Assembly: GCF_009914755.1 (NCBI RefSeq)
Contig: NC_060926.1
Reading direction: 5' to 3' (one strand)
Source of the DNA: the human T2T-CHM13v2.0 reference genome, Homo sapiens
DNA length: 64,000 nucleotides
Positions 1 through 17,433 of this stretch are shown here, piece after piece (the first letter of the stretch is position 1; each line of letters begins with the position of its first letter). The position numbers were made by a program, and so were the translations under genes. The notes below the pieces were generated by a model. The model did no database searches. It was not told where the DNA came from and saw only the letters and a program-made list of their open reading frames with translations.

Positions 1-14
1 TGTTCATTTTATAG

Positions 15-174
15 GGCTCAAGCACCTCTGACTGTATGTCTAAAACACTTGACTCAGCCAGCGCCCACTTTGCTGCATCTGCAGTGGTCAGTGCACCTGT
101 TCCAAGTCGCAGTGAGGTAGCCAAGGAACAGAACACTGGCCACAACAACATAAACGGTGTTGTCCAGCCTTCAG
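15..174 (+). CDS. EPC2: EPC2 third-from-last coding exon (GSSTSDCMSKTLDS...VVQPS)
   Basis: Acceptor ttttatag|GGC at 14/15, donor TCAG|gtacag at 174/175; phase 1 joins in frame to the exon at 1086. Confidence 0.92.
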
Positions 175-1085
175 GTACAGCTGGGGTTTCACATGGTACC
201 TACTTTCTTGAAGTTGTAACTCAGTGATTGGGAGTTTGTTTTTTGTTTTTTTATCCAAGGGGAAAATGTGTATAAGTCAATCAGGACTCTTTAGGATTTC
301 TTTGGAAAGATAGTGGGAAATAGGTAGATGTTTTCTAGAATTCATGTAGAATCTACTCCTTGTTTTCTCCCTCATCCATTGAATACATACCTGTGTAACA
401 TTCTACCCTTCCTGGTTTCATTCACATACTGTCAGTTGCCTCACATCTTAGGAAATCTGTTGAGCTAACCATCCCCATTGAATCATGCATGCATTGATAA
501 AAAAGTGAAAGATAATCCAGGACAGTAATAAATTGGAAATCAGATTTGCCTTCCCACTCTTACATACTGCTCATAGGCATACTAACTCTGGCTCCCGCTC
601 TTTAGATAGAGTATTGCTGTGAAACCCTGTGTGCTTCTTAGTACCCTGAGTCCGCAAAGACTTGTTATTCCTATCATCCTTCAACTACCTCTCAGACCCT
701 AGGATTTTCCAGTTGCTTTTATATATACCCATGAACCTGATTGTCCATTTTTACTAATATTCATGCATGTGTACATACTTAGGGAAACCCAACTGTCATT
801 TCCATCTGTCCTGTTATACTTAACTCCACAGTTGCCAGATACAGGCAGCAGAATACTTTGCAAAGCCGTTTTATGTAGACCAGTAGAAAGAGGGTGTTTT
901 GGGGGTTGTAGCAGATTAGTACATTCTACTTAGTGATCAGAAGCTCCCTTTGGAGAGACCAGTGTGTGAAAAGTTAACTTGGCATTCAATTCAAATACAA
1001 ATGTTCGTATTTATTTTATTAAGCTTCTAAAAATAGTTGTATTGATGTCTCATGATACTAGTTGAATGACTTCTTTCTTTTTCAG

Positions 1086-1419
1086 GAACCTCTAAAACAT
1101 TATACTCCACCAATATGGCTTTATCATCCAGCCCAGGGATTTCAGCTGTACAGCTTGTAAGGACAGTTGGCCACACCACTACAAACCACTTAATCCCAGC
1201 ATTGTGCACAAGCAGTCCTCAGACACTTCCCATGAACAATTCCTGCCTGACAAATGCAGTGCACCTCAATAATGTCAGTGTTGTTTCTCCAGTCAATGTG
1301 CATATCAATACACGGACTTCAGCACCATCGCCAACAGCCTTAAAACTTGCCACAGTTGCTGCCAGTATGGACAGAGTGCCAAAGGTTACTCCCAGCAGTG
1401 CCATCAGCAGCATAGCAAG
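1086..1419 (+). CDS. EPC2: EPC2 penultimate coding exon (GTSKTLYSTNMALSS...SSIAR)
   Basis: Polypyrimidine tract plus ttcag|GA acceptor, donor AAG|gtgtgt; open frame matches ORF 1115..; phase 2 joins the exon at 2723. Confidence 0.93.
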
Positions 1420-1652
1420 GTGTGTGTGTGTGTTTCAGTGATTTTTCTCCCTTTGTGCTGGCTGTCCTGTGGGAAGAAAAAGACTTTTTTTTACACTGCT
1501 CAAGCAATAGGTGTTTATTGACAGACTTGATTTTCAATAGATACTGAAGATCTGTATAAAGCTCTGTGACTTAGGTATTTGTTTAAGGTGCCTAGTAGGA
1601 TGCTTAAATGCCAACCTAGTAGGATTGTTAGAGAAAGACAGAGTAGTAGTAG

Positions 1653-2027
<375 letters not shown>

Positions 2028-2722
2028 AGTTCCTCTTGTATTAATGTTTTATAGTTTAGGCAGTCTGGAAGATGGGAGTTGTTATGATTAACTCCATGCC
2101 AGAGTTTAGGTTTCACATCCAAATTTGTGTTTTCTTTAGCGTCATACACAAAGGGAAAGTAAATTACCTTATTTACTTTTATGGATTACTACGGACATCC
2201 ATAGTATATTTTAGAATGTTTTTATATTTCTTTCTATGACACTAATACAAGGAGAACAATGAATCAGAAAAAAATTGATTTGCATAGGTTAATAAATACA
2301 TGATCTTAAGCCTATAGAATTAAACTCTAATGGAAAGTAATTTCAGTAATATTGTGCTCCTAATGATTATTCTTTTTGAGTGTCATATGCTTCATCTCTC
2401 GAGAAAAAAAAAAGAAAAACTTGGTTTGTCCTGTGATACATATTTCATAAGTAATTTCTCATTGGCTTCTACTGAAATGCCATGTTAAATTATTATCTTT
2501 CCTAAGTAAATAGCCATAATAAAAAAATTAGGAATTAATGGAATTTCTGAGCTGAAGAAAAGTTTTTCTCATTCCTATCTAGAAATGGCAAAAATGGGAA
2601 TTGTTCTTGTGAAGTCATGTTTAGTTGTAATTATGTAACAATGTTTTTGTAAAATACTAAATGGTAACGTCATGTTCTAGAGAGTATTGATATTTATTTT
2701 ATCCTTTGCCTTATTACCATAG

Positions 2723-2795
2723 AGAGAACCACGAACCAGAAAGATTGGGCTTAAATGGAATAGCAGAGACAACAGTAGCTATGGAAGTGACATAA
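2723..2795 (+). CDS. EPC2: EPC2 terminal coding exon (R)ENHEPERLGLNGIAETTVAMEVT*
   Basis: Acceptor ccatag|A; TAA at 2793-2795; VAMEVT terminus recognised as EPC family, with the sequence matching EPC2 rather than EPC1. Confidence 0.93.
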
Positions 2796-3177
2796 CCTAA
2801 AACACGTGGCTCTGACCTGTGCTGATGGTGTGCAGTCATTCATATTCCAGCTGAATGCAAAAGGCAACACTCTGTGGATCACAGAGTGTAACAATGGACC
2901 TAAATGGACTATAGTATATTGGATGTTAAATCCATATATGATGTATATTTTGTAAAATTGGGAAAATCACTACCTTGTAAAATAGTTTATTTGTATCATC
3001 AATATTATTTCTGTTACTTGAATAGTAGATATTCATCATCATGCTTTTGCACTTGAATTTGCAACTGAATGGATTTTAAAAAATAATTCTTTAATGGGAT
3101 CATGAGCATGAAATGGGATCCTGCATCACTTGTTTTAACTATTTATTTTGCCATGTTTACATTTTGTATCTTGTAAA

Positions 3178-3183
3178 AATAAA
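3178..3183 (+). terminator. Proximal polyadenylation signal AATAAA
   Basis: Canonical hexamer with upstream TGTA motifs. Confidence 0.5.
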
Positions 3184-3962
3184 TCCAACTTTGTGTCTAA
3201 AAAGTTAAAGATTCATAGCTAGGAAATGAAATTCTTGTAATTTTTTTCTAAAGGAACTGTAAAGTTTTCACTTGGTTCATTTTGTTTCACAATTTGACTA
3301 GATGGACTTTTTGGTAAATACTTTAGTGGCATTTCACTGTCAAATATGAAGTTCAAGGCAAAATAGTATTTTCTATTACTGTGCAGGGGAAAGGGATGGA
3401 TCGATACATGCAAATTTAATGTAGTAACTCACTTTTCCATATATTTTGAATGTATATTTCTATTTATGATACCAATTTATAAAAAATAATTACACAGAAA
3501 AAATGGAATAGGAAAAATTATGCATCTAGCACATTTAAACTGTGCAAATATGAAAATTTTTCGAGGATTACATTTTATCTGAAGGCTGCATATTTTAACT
3601 GGCTTTAAAACTGTAACACATCACATAAAAGATACTTTACCAGGTATGTATTGCATTATATCATTGCAATAATTATTGGAAGTCTAGATATCGAGCCATC
3701 CCAGGTGTTGGGCGGGGGGAGGGTTGTGGCAAGATTGTCTTTTCAATTTTGGAGAGTTTTCCTGTGGCTACAAGGCAAGTAACGGGTTGGAAAAAGTCTG
3801 ACTGTAAGCGTTGGACACCTTCATAGTGTAGTGTTTTAGTGACTTTTTTTATACGGTTCTTGTAAATTAGATACGTGTAGTGGTGTTTCAGAATGTTTGT
3901 TTATGCACTAGTTCAGACAACTTTCCCTGTTACTTGTTCTTGATAAGTGAAAACTGCAGGGA

Positions 3963-3968
3963 AATAAA
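3963..3968 (+). terminator. Polyadenylation signal AATAAA (likely main)
   Basis: Canonical hexamer followed ~30 nt later by GT/T-rich tgtgtttattt. Confidence 0.65.
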
Positions 3969-5769
3969 AAATACATATCAAAACATGGACATGCTGCATA
4001 TGTGTTTATTTCACAATGTGCACACAGTATAAGTGAAAATTTAAGGGAGATGATAGCACTTAACAGCACTTTTCATGTTCACATGCTTTCCAAGCATTAA
4101 TGAAAAGAACTATAGGAAGCTCATCTGTGGGCTCTATTGGGTTTCAGATAATCCAATATAAACTACCTTTGATATGAAAGTTCGTAAGATATTTTACAGA
4201 ATGTAAGTAATTTGCAGTATCGCAGTCATTGAAATGTCATAAGTGAGCCTCATTTTATAAATAAAAGTTTAGAGTAGAATTATATTGCAAGGGGGTTTTG
4301 TCAAGTAAGTACTGGGAAATGTAAATATTTTTAATGAATACAATTAAAACCATTTCAAACTTACATAATTTTATACTTTACATTTTTTATATCTGCAGTC
4401 CTGAAAGTTGTAAATTGAAATGTCAGTTGAATTAATGGGCCAAGATTTCTGGTGAAAGTGGTTTTTATTCAGGTCCTAAATGTGTAAAGCAATTTATGGT
4501 CAAAACCATAGAAAAAATACTAATTTTGTCTTGGTTGTGACCTGATAGGATCCATGCTCGTTTCTGCCATACTACCTCTGGAGTTACTCATTGCTGATTA
4601 TATAAAGGAAATAATTTTGATTTGATATGTATTATGACTGTGTTCATTCTGCTTATAGTTGGATGTATCTCCTTGCTATTAAGAACTTAAAACAACTTTA
4701 GTGCCAATTGCAGAGAAAGCTTTTTTCCCCATTTTACTGAAGTAAAGCATGAAGTGAATTTGCCTTATGTGATATATATGTTATAAATAAGTAAAACAAA
4801 AGAATTATCCATTTGTACGGTTTCTGGAGGTGGTGGCAAATCCAGAACTTATAAGACTGATGACCAATTGATTTGTTCCTTTTGAAGTAAAATAGAAACG
4901 TAAGCCTTCCTTATTTTGTTGGTTGTAACTGTTTCATGGATGGCATTTCAGTTATGTACATACACATTTTCCACTGCTTCTCTAAAACTTAAGTGACAAA
5001 TATTTGTTTTCACTTTATTAAATTGAAGAATAGTCTATTTCTGCACTGGACAGCACTGCTCTCTTAGTTTTCTCAGGAAATTAGTGTTGGTACTCGGAGT
5101 CCAGTAAGCTTTCAGAATCTTTGGAGAATGTGTTTCTTTGGAATGGGTGGAGGTGGTTAATTTTTTTAAAAAAATAACAAAACGGGTAACTCTCACGTGG
5201 TAGGATATTCTTAATTCAGCACAGATAAAAACATTTTTGATTGTATTTTTCTTATTTCTCTACCTTCATAAAGAGAGTACACGCCCTTCCTTTCCCAATA
5301 ATTCAAGATCATTTTTATGATGTAGCTCTAAGTATATTTGAGGATTTGTTTTCTTTTGCAAAAGACCAAGGGAAAAACTAAAAAATTTATAGGGCACATT
5401 TTAAAACTATATATATAACACACACACACGTATATTCTGGCTTTTTAAAAAACAGGAATGTATTTGCAACTGTGCTAGGTGTTTTTTTTTTTATTACTAA
5501 GGTTGTTTTAGGGGGGAAGGTAGGGGGAGAACAAGGAGGACCAACATTACAGAAACTTCCCTAGTATGTACTGCTGTATTTGAGTATGATGCTACACTTT
5601 TCAACAAATTTTGTTGATCAACAATATACTTGTGACTGATGTGTTTTATTGTCTCTTAACTGACTTGGCAAACTTCCAAATTTTAAAAGGTAAGAATATC
5701 TGAAGGGATTATGAATATTACGTCCTGTAAGATAAGAGATGTTTTTCATCACTGACAGCAGCATCATAA

Positions 5770-5980
5770 TAGCTAACATCATGGAGCATGGAACATTCTC
5801 TCTTAATGACTTACTCATTTACTCCTAACAACAATTCTGTTTAGTAATATTATTTTTCCCATTTTAAAGATCAGGAAGATGAAGTTTAGAGAAGTTAGGT
5901 AACTCACTCTATGTCACATAGCTGTTAAGTTACTAAGGAATTAAACTTTGGAGTCACCACACTTCTAACCACACTGCCTT
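5770..5980 (-). mobile_element. MIR fragment
   Basis: cccattttaaagat...gaagtttagagaagttaggtaact MIR core-like. Confidence 0.6.
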
Positions 5981-6431
5981 CTACCTTTAACATGAAAGAA
6001 GCCCTCCTCAAAGAAGTATTTATTCTATTTCTCAGTCCACTTGTTAGCAGCATCCGTAGCAGTTTAGAATTTCATTTAGAAGACAGCCACCCAACTATTA
6101 CACCACGAGACTAAGTGAATTATATCCAACTGTGGCTTCTAGCCATCCACTGAGGAAACCCAAATATTCTTTTCTGCCTGCCGGACCTAGTGAGTAAGTG
6201 CTAAAGCTCTCAACACAAAGCAATGGGAGCGAGGTCTGGTCCAGGTCTTGGCTGATTTAGCACTTTCCAGACCTGTTTCCCCATCTATAAGATGAGCAAG
6301 TTCTTGAAACTCCATAAAAGAGGCCACACTGAGAAGCTTCGTGGAGGTGTGCATGTGGCTCGTGTGTCATTGGTTGCTTATTAAGGAAGTAAATTATGTG
6401 AGCTGTAAGGTTGAGCATACAGTTTAGAGCT

Positions 6432-8643
<2,212 letters not shown>

Positions 8644-9819
8644 TAATGTCATCAAGTCTGACTATGAATAATTAGATCATGTAATGTAGCTGATCTTGTG
8701 CAGAACTAACCAACTTCAATAACTACAAGTCTCAAAAGAATTGTGTATTTTTTAGAGGGAGGACAGTGGAGAGAACAATTAGGATAGAATGTGGATATTC
8801 TATCATGGAAATTTGTTAAGCTGGGTTTTAATCCCTGCTCTGCCATTTAATTGGCTGGTGATTTTCTGGTCTTCATATCTCTGAGCTTGTATCATGCAAT
8901 GAATGAATGGAATTGGATAACCTCAAACATCTGTGCCAGCTCCGATGTTATAGGAATCTAATCTCCTCACCCCCACCTCCCTAGGTGGCTATCTTGCTTT
9001 CAGAAAAATCTGCCTTTGTCAGTATCCATGGATTTAACAGCACCATTCAAAAGTATCAGTAACAAATCAGACCCTATGCACCCTCCTACTACTACGTTTC
9101 CTCTTCCTGTTGTCCAAAGGGGAAACTGCTTATTTCAAACATAAGGGCTTTGTTGCTGTTACTTACTGAGTGCATTGTATCCAACTGTGGTTGAAATTTT
9201 AGCATAGGGAAGACGAACACTAAGCCACATACTTCTTTAGCAGTAATTTTAGGTTTGAAGTTTATGTCGTATCAAAATTAAAGTGTCCTGTGTGTACTTA
9301 AAGATGCTGTGTTTTCCTCATGAAATCTCCCTTACAGTATTATTGCATATTTGAACAAAACCGTTGTTACACTAGCTGACTCAGTAACATTGCAGAACAA
9401 GATGGTAACATATTTCTGAACAGTGATTCTCAGTGAACACCTGTTATCCTCAGGAGAGCCTAGGATTCTGCAGTTACTTTTCAGTGCTAAAACAAGAGAT
9501 TGACTACAGTCACAAAAGGAAAAGTATTTCACCTTCAGTATACAAATTTGATTGGTGAACAGCATATTCAAAAGCAATGACATTTTCCTTTTACCAATGT
9601 TGAACATGGTTAACAATTATTGTTTAGAAGAACACTGTGTTCTTCCTCTGTTTTAGTTCCAGGGTGAGCAGGGGTCATGGACACACACAGCTCCTATCTT
9701 ACGAATATCTATCTTGTGTGCTCTTCTCACTACCATAAGGAGATTTTGGTCAGTGATCAAGTGAACCCAGATTAGGGATCGCTAAGATGTAAGAATTCTG
9801 CTTTTGGCCTAGGACATCT

Positions 9820-10414
9820 ATGTTAGTTATCTGCTGAGTAAAAACGATTACAAATTTAAAACAATAGCACATTATTATGTGGGTTTGGAATCTAGCACAA
9901 GGCTGAAACCAAAGTGGTGCCAGGGCTACATTCTCATCCCGTGGGCCAAGTAGAGAAGGATCCAAATCCAAGCTCCTCAGATTGTGACAGAATTCTTTCT
10001 CTGTGGCTGTAGAATTCGTAACGGTTTAAGGCCAACAATGGAGAGTTTCCACTGCTTGGAGTCTCTTACTTCAGGGAAGATCTTGGCTCTTGGAAAGGGC
10101 TCGCCTGATTAGATCAGGCCCATGCAATGGGAGCACGGTCTTTGATTAGTTCAGTCAACTTATTAGGGACTTCAGTTATATCTGGAAAGGGCTTGCCTGG
10201 TTAGATCAGGCCCACACAACACAGTGTTTGATTAGTTCAGTCAACTTATTAGGGACTTCACTTATCTCTGCAAAATCTCTTCACTTTTTCCGTATTTTAT
10301 TAGTTAGAAGCAGGTCATTGGCCTTCCCCACACTCAAGGGGAGGGAATTACACAAAGGGCATAGACACTAAGAGACAGGAATTATAAGGCCACCCAAGGG
10401 TGTGTCTGCCACAA
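9820..10414 (-). mobile_element. MLT1-type MaLR LTR with internal tandem duplication
   Basis: gattagatcaggccca...cttatctctgcaaaatc...gtctgccaca motifs. Confidence 0.7.
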
Positions 10415-11480
10415 CATCTACATGATTGTATTAACCATCCCACCACCGCACACTCCAGTCTTCTCCTATCTCAGGACCTGCCTCAATAAATTAACTCATA
10501 CATTTATAAAGAAACAATTTAAGGTCCTCTTTAAATTGTTATTTTGTAAATCATAAATGCCACAGTCCTGGATATTGGGCAGGAGGTCAGGTCGTCAAGA
10601 CCAGAGATAAGACTGGCATCAGTAACACCAAAGGCTTTGCAGAAATTGGAATGGATGAGATCAGCTAGAAAAGAACAGACTGGGGAAAAGGAAGTGTGAC
10701 CAGCAGAACCTCAGCATCTATGTGGCCAGGACGGGGGTGGGGGCAGAGGAAGAGACGGAGTAGCAATAGGGAGGAGGATCTGGTCATCCAGGGCATTCTA
10801 ATTTCCTTCAGAATCGCCATGCAGAGGTGGAGGACAAGTGGTGGAGGTCAGAGGTTGCTAAGGAAATAGAAGTGATGAGAGTTTAGTGGTGACAAAGTAA
10901 AAAGTAAAGTATCGAGGACAGATACTTAGGTTAGAAAGCTTGAGTACAAGTCCCGTCTGATGCTTCTGGCTGTCAGAACCACCTGGGTAAGCTTTTATTT
11001 TTTTATTTGATTTGTTCTTTATTAACAACCTCTGAAAGAAATAGGCAAACTTTGAAAAATACAGATGTGTGGATCTCACTCATCCCAGGCTGAATGAATC
11101 AGGAACTCCAAAAGTGAGTCGGGATGCTGGTATTTTGTGTTTGTTTTAGTTTGTTTGATTATGTGGTTGGTTGTTGGGTTTTGGTTCATAAACTTACCAG
11201 ATGATGATTACAGCTAAGGTTGGGAATGACAAGTTGTGACTGGACAAGTAACTTCACTGTAAACCTCAGAATTTATTTCCTCAACTGTCAAATAAGGGCG
11301 ATTAAGTTATTTCCCAGTTTCATTCACTCCAAAAAAAAACAAGAACAACAAAGAATGCCTCTCACTGAGCAAGCTCCACTGCCACTAGAAATTTGTGCTA
11401 TGAACAATTCCCTATAACAAATGCCTTCCTTTCCTGCCCTTTTAAGATTATGAGACCATATGCTTTAAACAAGTAATTCT

Positions 11481-11704
<224 letters not shown>

Positions 11705-12049
11705 TCATTATAGATTAAAGGTAGAGTTAGTTAAATTTTCTATAGGAATTCTTAAATATCCCCCACACTTTCCCATCTCAAGCCATCTAAGTTCCCAAAT
11801 CACCCCCAGAACATCATGCTCAGAGAATTGTTCCTCCCTGGTGGTCTAATCACTTTTCAAGTGCTCATTCATTCCCAGTGCTAGAGGTTTCCAGGCTCTC
11901 CAGACCATGGTTGTCAGTTACCCTTTCCAATCATATGACTGTAGTATTTGACTACAGGGGCAAAGTAGCCGTCCTGAAGCTGTGTTCAGAGAATTTTGCT
12001 TGCCTAACATATACGTGGCTTGTTGGAGCTTCTCAGGGTTTTTTCCTAG

Positions 12050-13085
12050 GATTCTGTGCCTCTCTGTACCATCTTTATCCTGGTGACATCAAAGTGTTAT
12101 TTTTAGCCCAGAATTCTGTTCTGAATTCCATTCTCCTATATCCAATGCTTTGTTGACACCCCCACTTGGAAGTTTCACAGACATACCCAAACTTACCATG
12201 TGCAAAATGGAACAGTTTTTTTCCTGCTTTCTCCCTAACCTGTTTCTACCACCTCTGCATCCTACCCCTGCTCACTCCAGTCCTTCCCATCTCAGGATAT
12301 GGCACCACCACCCCAACCCGATTACAAACCATCAACACATCATTTGATATGCACTGCAAAATATATATTGAATCCGTCCATTCTTCTCCTTGTTCAGACT
12401 ACCACCACCTTCTCCAGACCACTGCCCATCTCTTGCACTGCAGCAAGCTCATGACACTTCTCCCTACCCCCATTCTTATCTATTTCTAATCAAGTCATAT
12501 GGTAGCCAATATGGATCCTTTAACAATCAGATTTGATCAATTCCCTCCTAAAACCTCTCCCTTCCATTGCTTCCCATTGCACTTAACATCCAAATTCCTA
12601 CCCTGGCTGTAAGACCTTTCATGGTCTTGGCCTGCCTTTCCCTCCAAATTCATCCATATTACTTCATCTCATCCACCACACTCGAGTCCCACTGGTATAT
12701 CTGGTCCTTGACTTTAACAAACTATTTCCTGCCTCACTGCCTTTGTATGTGGACATCCCTTTTGCCAAGAACACTTCTCTGTGTCATCTTATCTTTTAGG
12801 GCTTAACCCTGTTCAGAGAGTTGCTCTCTGGTCCTCCTGTCTAAAGTTGCTCTCCGGTCATCCTCTGAATGAATGGGACAGTGACTTTCTGTCTTAGCCC
12901 CTTACCTGTGGGTGCCATGAAGGAAATCATTGTATTGATATGATTTCTTTGTTTACTTGTCCCTTCATCTGTCTCGTGAGCCTCATCATGGCAAGGATGT
13001 GTTCTCTGTTTTATCTTCTGCCCTTGGCACAGAGTCTAGCACATGGTAGGTGTTCAAACATTGGTTGAATAAATAAGTGAAGAAA
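12050..13085 (+). mobile_element. L2 3' fragment
   Basis: Ends agcacatggtaggtgttcaaacattggttgaataaat, a typical L2 tail. Confidence 0.7.
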
Positions 13086-14789
13086 TAACAATTAGTGCAA
13101 TTAAGCAGAGTCGAGAGATTTCCTTTTTATTTTTTATTCTTTTTATTGTTATTTTAAACCAAAACATAATGATTGTTAAACATAGTTTAAGTTCTCTTGA
13201 ACTTATTAGCCAAACAGGTTTGAAATCTAAAACAGGTTATGTTTCCAATGCTGACCTCTCCCTTCAGAAGCTGCTTTTCCTGTGAAGCTTCCTTGTGAGG
13301 TTGCTGTCATCTGCAGCTTCCATCAAGAGTCTAACAGATGGTTGTGGGTGGAGAGTGGCAGAAAATAGGCTTTGTTTTAAGAGTCCCAAGAGCTATTTTT
13401 CTGCTTATATTTATACAGAATTAGCAGTTGTACGCAAGTGTAGGAAAATCTGGGAGCAGGTTGGGTAGCTGCTGGTTTTGTCATTGTGTTTGTAAGCTAG
13501 AAAAATGTTCTCATTAATGATTTCTGTGAGATTCATATCTGGGGTCTGTGGATAACCAGTGTTTCTTCTCCTTCCCAAAGCATTGTCCTTTCAGGGTGTA
13601 TTTTTGTCAAGGATCAGATTTCAACACACTTATCAGGAATTTAGGGAATTATCAAAGCTTTCCATTTAAACTATTTTGGAGAGAGGATGCTTGCTCACAC
13701 CAAAAGCCACATCAGATGTTTGTCAAAAAAAAATGCAAATGCTGTGTGTACTCAGCTGTTGATGTCTGACACCAGTTCTCTTCTAGATGTGGCTTGACTT
13801 GGGGTTAATTTTTTCATCTGCAAACTCTTCTGTCTTGGCTGATTTGAAGGGTGCTATTCTCCCCAACCCCTGTCACTGGAGGTGAAATTTGTTTCCGTGT
13901 TTATGAATGAGGAACAACCCTTTTCTCAAAGGCTTTTGCCTTTCCCCATTCTTTCTTGGGGAATAGATTGCACAGAATTTTTATAACTGAAAAACAGCCC
14001 TACCGATGATCTAGTCCATCTCTCACCTAGGACCCAGAGAGAGGAAGGAGCTTGTCCAAATCACAGAGCAAGATGGTGCCAGATCTGGGATTGCTCCTAG
14101 AAGGATGCCAGTTGCCATGTGCTTTCCTCCACATAACCTTCCTCCAACAAATGGACCTTTAAGTGGTTTTAGCTCTTAGTCATGGTTCTAATTTTGAAAG
14201 TGTCAGCAATGTTACAAACATTTAGATGGTTTATTTTATACATTGTATAGGTTAGGGACCCTTCTTAAGTACTACATGCCTTGAAATTAGTATTTTAAAT
14301 GTTAATTTGCATTTAGGGTAATATTTATTACATCTAAGAAGTACATAAAACTACACAACTTTTTAAAAATTGAAAGCCATCTGTTTAGAAATTTTTCATA
14401 TATTCTCACTAATTCAGCCTAATTTCATTGGATTAAAGACACCTATTTGCATGTATTTAAATTAGATCTATCTTTCAAACTAGTAATTTCACTAGAAAGT
14501 GGTAAATTACTGGAATAGTGACCCTCAAGAAATCCATAAAGAAGACTGGATGAAAATCTGGACCAGTTGCTTTCTTTTGTTCGTTGTATTTATTACTTTT
14601 TCAGAATAATTTGTTTATCATTTTACTCAGTAACTATTGAGTATCCATTGTGTTTAAGACATCCTTGAGCACTGGCAAGGATGTAGAAATTTAAGATGCA
14701 TGGCCCCCTGGGAAAAAAATACACAAGTACTAGTGGGGAGGACGGGAACAGAAATCAGCTGACCAAGGTGTGGGTCTCAACTCCTGCTT

Positions 14790-15351
14790 CTACCAGGTGT
14801 GATGTTTGCATCCTTCTAATGTGGCTCCCAAACTCCAGGCCTTCACATTACTCATCAAACAAAAGCTCAACTCCCCACTTTGGCCTACACCACCCTTCCT
14901 GACTTCTTCCCTGCCCACCTCTTAGATCTGATTGATTTCTGCTCCTCTAGTGGCCTCCTGGTCAATCTGGTACCATCAGGCTTGTTCCTACCACAGACCC
15001 TTTGCATGCTGCCCCTCTGTCTGGAATGTTCTTTGTTCACTTCTTCACATGACTGCAGCTCCTTCTTATACAGTTCCCAGCTAAAATGCCTCTTTAGAAG
15101 GCCTTCCCCAGCCAGTTAAACTCCCTATCACTTCACCCTGCCTTATCGTCTTCATCGGGTGTCTGAAATGCTCTTCTGTATTGGTCCTTTTATTTCCCTG
15201 TTGCCTGTTTCTTCTCCCTCTAGACTGCCAGTCTCATTAGAGCTGGGACCGTGCCTATCTTAATCCTGGTTCTGTCCTCATCACCTCACGCAGCAGCGTG
15301 GCATGTAGTAGGTGCTCCATAGATAGTTCCTGGATAAATAAGTGAATGAAT
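14790..15351 (+). mobile_element. L2 3' fragment
   Basis: Ends ggcatgtagtaggtgctccatagatag...tgaatgaat. Confidence 0.7.
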
Positions 15352-15779
15352 GGTGCTAGGCTGATTACATCCAGATTTCTTGAGAAGCTAAAAAAACACC
15401 CCAAATACCCAGGCATCTGGGATATACCCTCAGAGATTCTGATTCATTATAGAATAAGTCCTAGAAATCTGGTTTTAAATCCCCCTACATGTATTCAGGT
15501 TTGGGAACTAATATATTAACACCAAGTGGCCCATCTCCCATCTCCCAAAGTAGCCCATTCCTGTTCTGACTGCTTGAGTAAAAAGATCTTCCTGATGCAG
15601 AGCTAAAACCTTCACTGAATTCTCACCATTGATCCAAGCTCTACCCTTCAGTTCCACATGGAATATGTCTTATTAATTCATTCATTCATTTAATAAATAA
15701 ATGTCGATTGAATGCCTATTTCACATACCAGGCAATGTTGTTTAGGCACAAGGATTCAGCAACTAAAACACTGCATTAC

Positions 15780-16355
<576 letters not shown>

Positions 16356-16777
16356 TGAGACTCTGCCTTAAAAAAACAAACCAAACCAAAACAAAACAAA
16401 ACAAAACAAGCACTGCACTAAGTCTGCCACCACTGTCCCCATTCACCTTTATAGGTGTCCATATTTCCATATTTATTAGTTTCTGGTTTGTCCTTCCAGT
16501 GGTTCTCAATGCAAATACAAGCTAAAAAATGCATACATTACACATACATTCTAATTTTCCTACTTTCTTACACAAAGTGGAGCAATGACATACATTATTT
16601 TGTGCCTTTTTTCACTTAAAAATATCCTGGAAATCTTTATCAGTGAAATGAGAATTTTTCATTTTTTAAAAATAGCCACATGGAATTTTATTGTGGGGAT
16701 ATACTACCGATTATTTCCACATTGCTGGACATTTGGGTTGTTTCCAATACCTTGTGTCTATAAGTAGTGCTGTAATG

Positions 16778-17433
<656 letters not shown>

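Larger units (their letters stand above)
2796..3990 (+). other. EPC2: EPC2 3' UTR (end approximate)
   Basis: AT-rich, repeat-free sequence after the stop codon, with AATAAA at 3178 and 3963. Confidence 0.7.

Noticed and set aside
36-227. Stand-alone 63-aa ORF
   Set aside because: Internal Met of an EPC2 exon reading through the donor site
1590-1626. cctagtaggat repeated twice
   Set aside because: Short local duplication with no functional support
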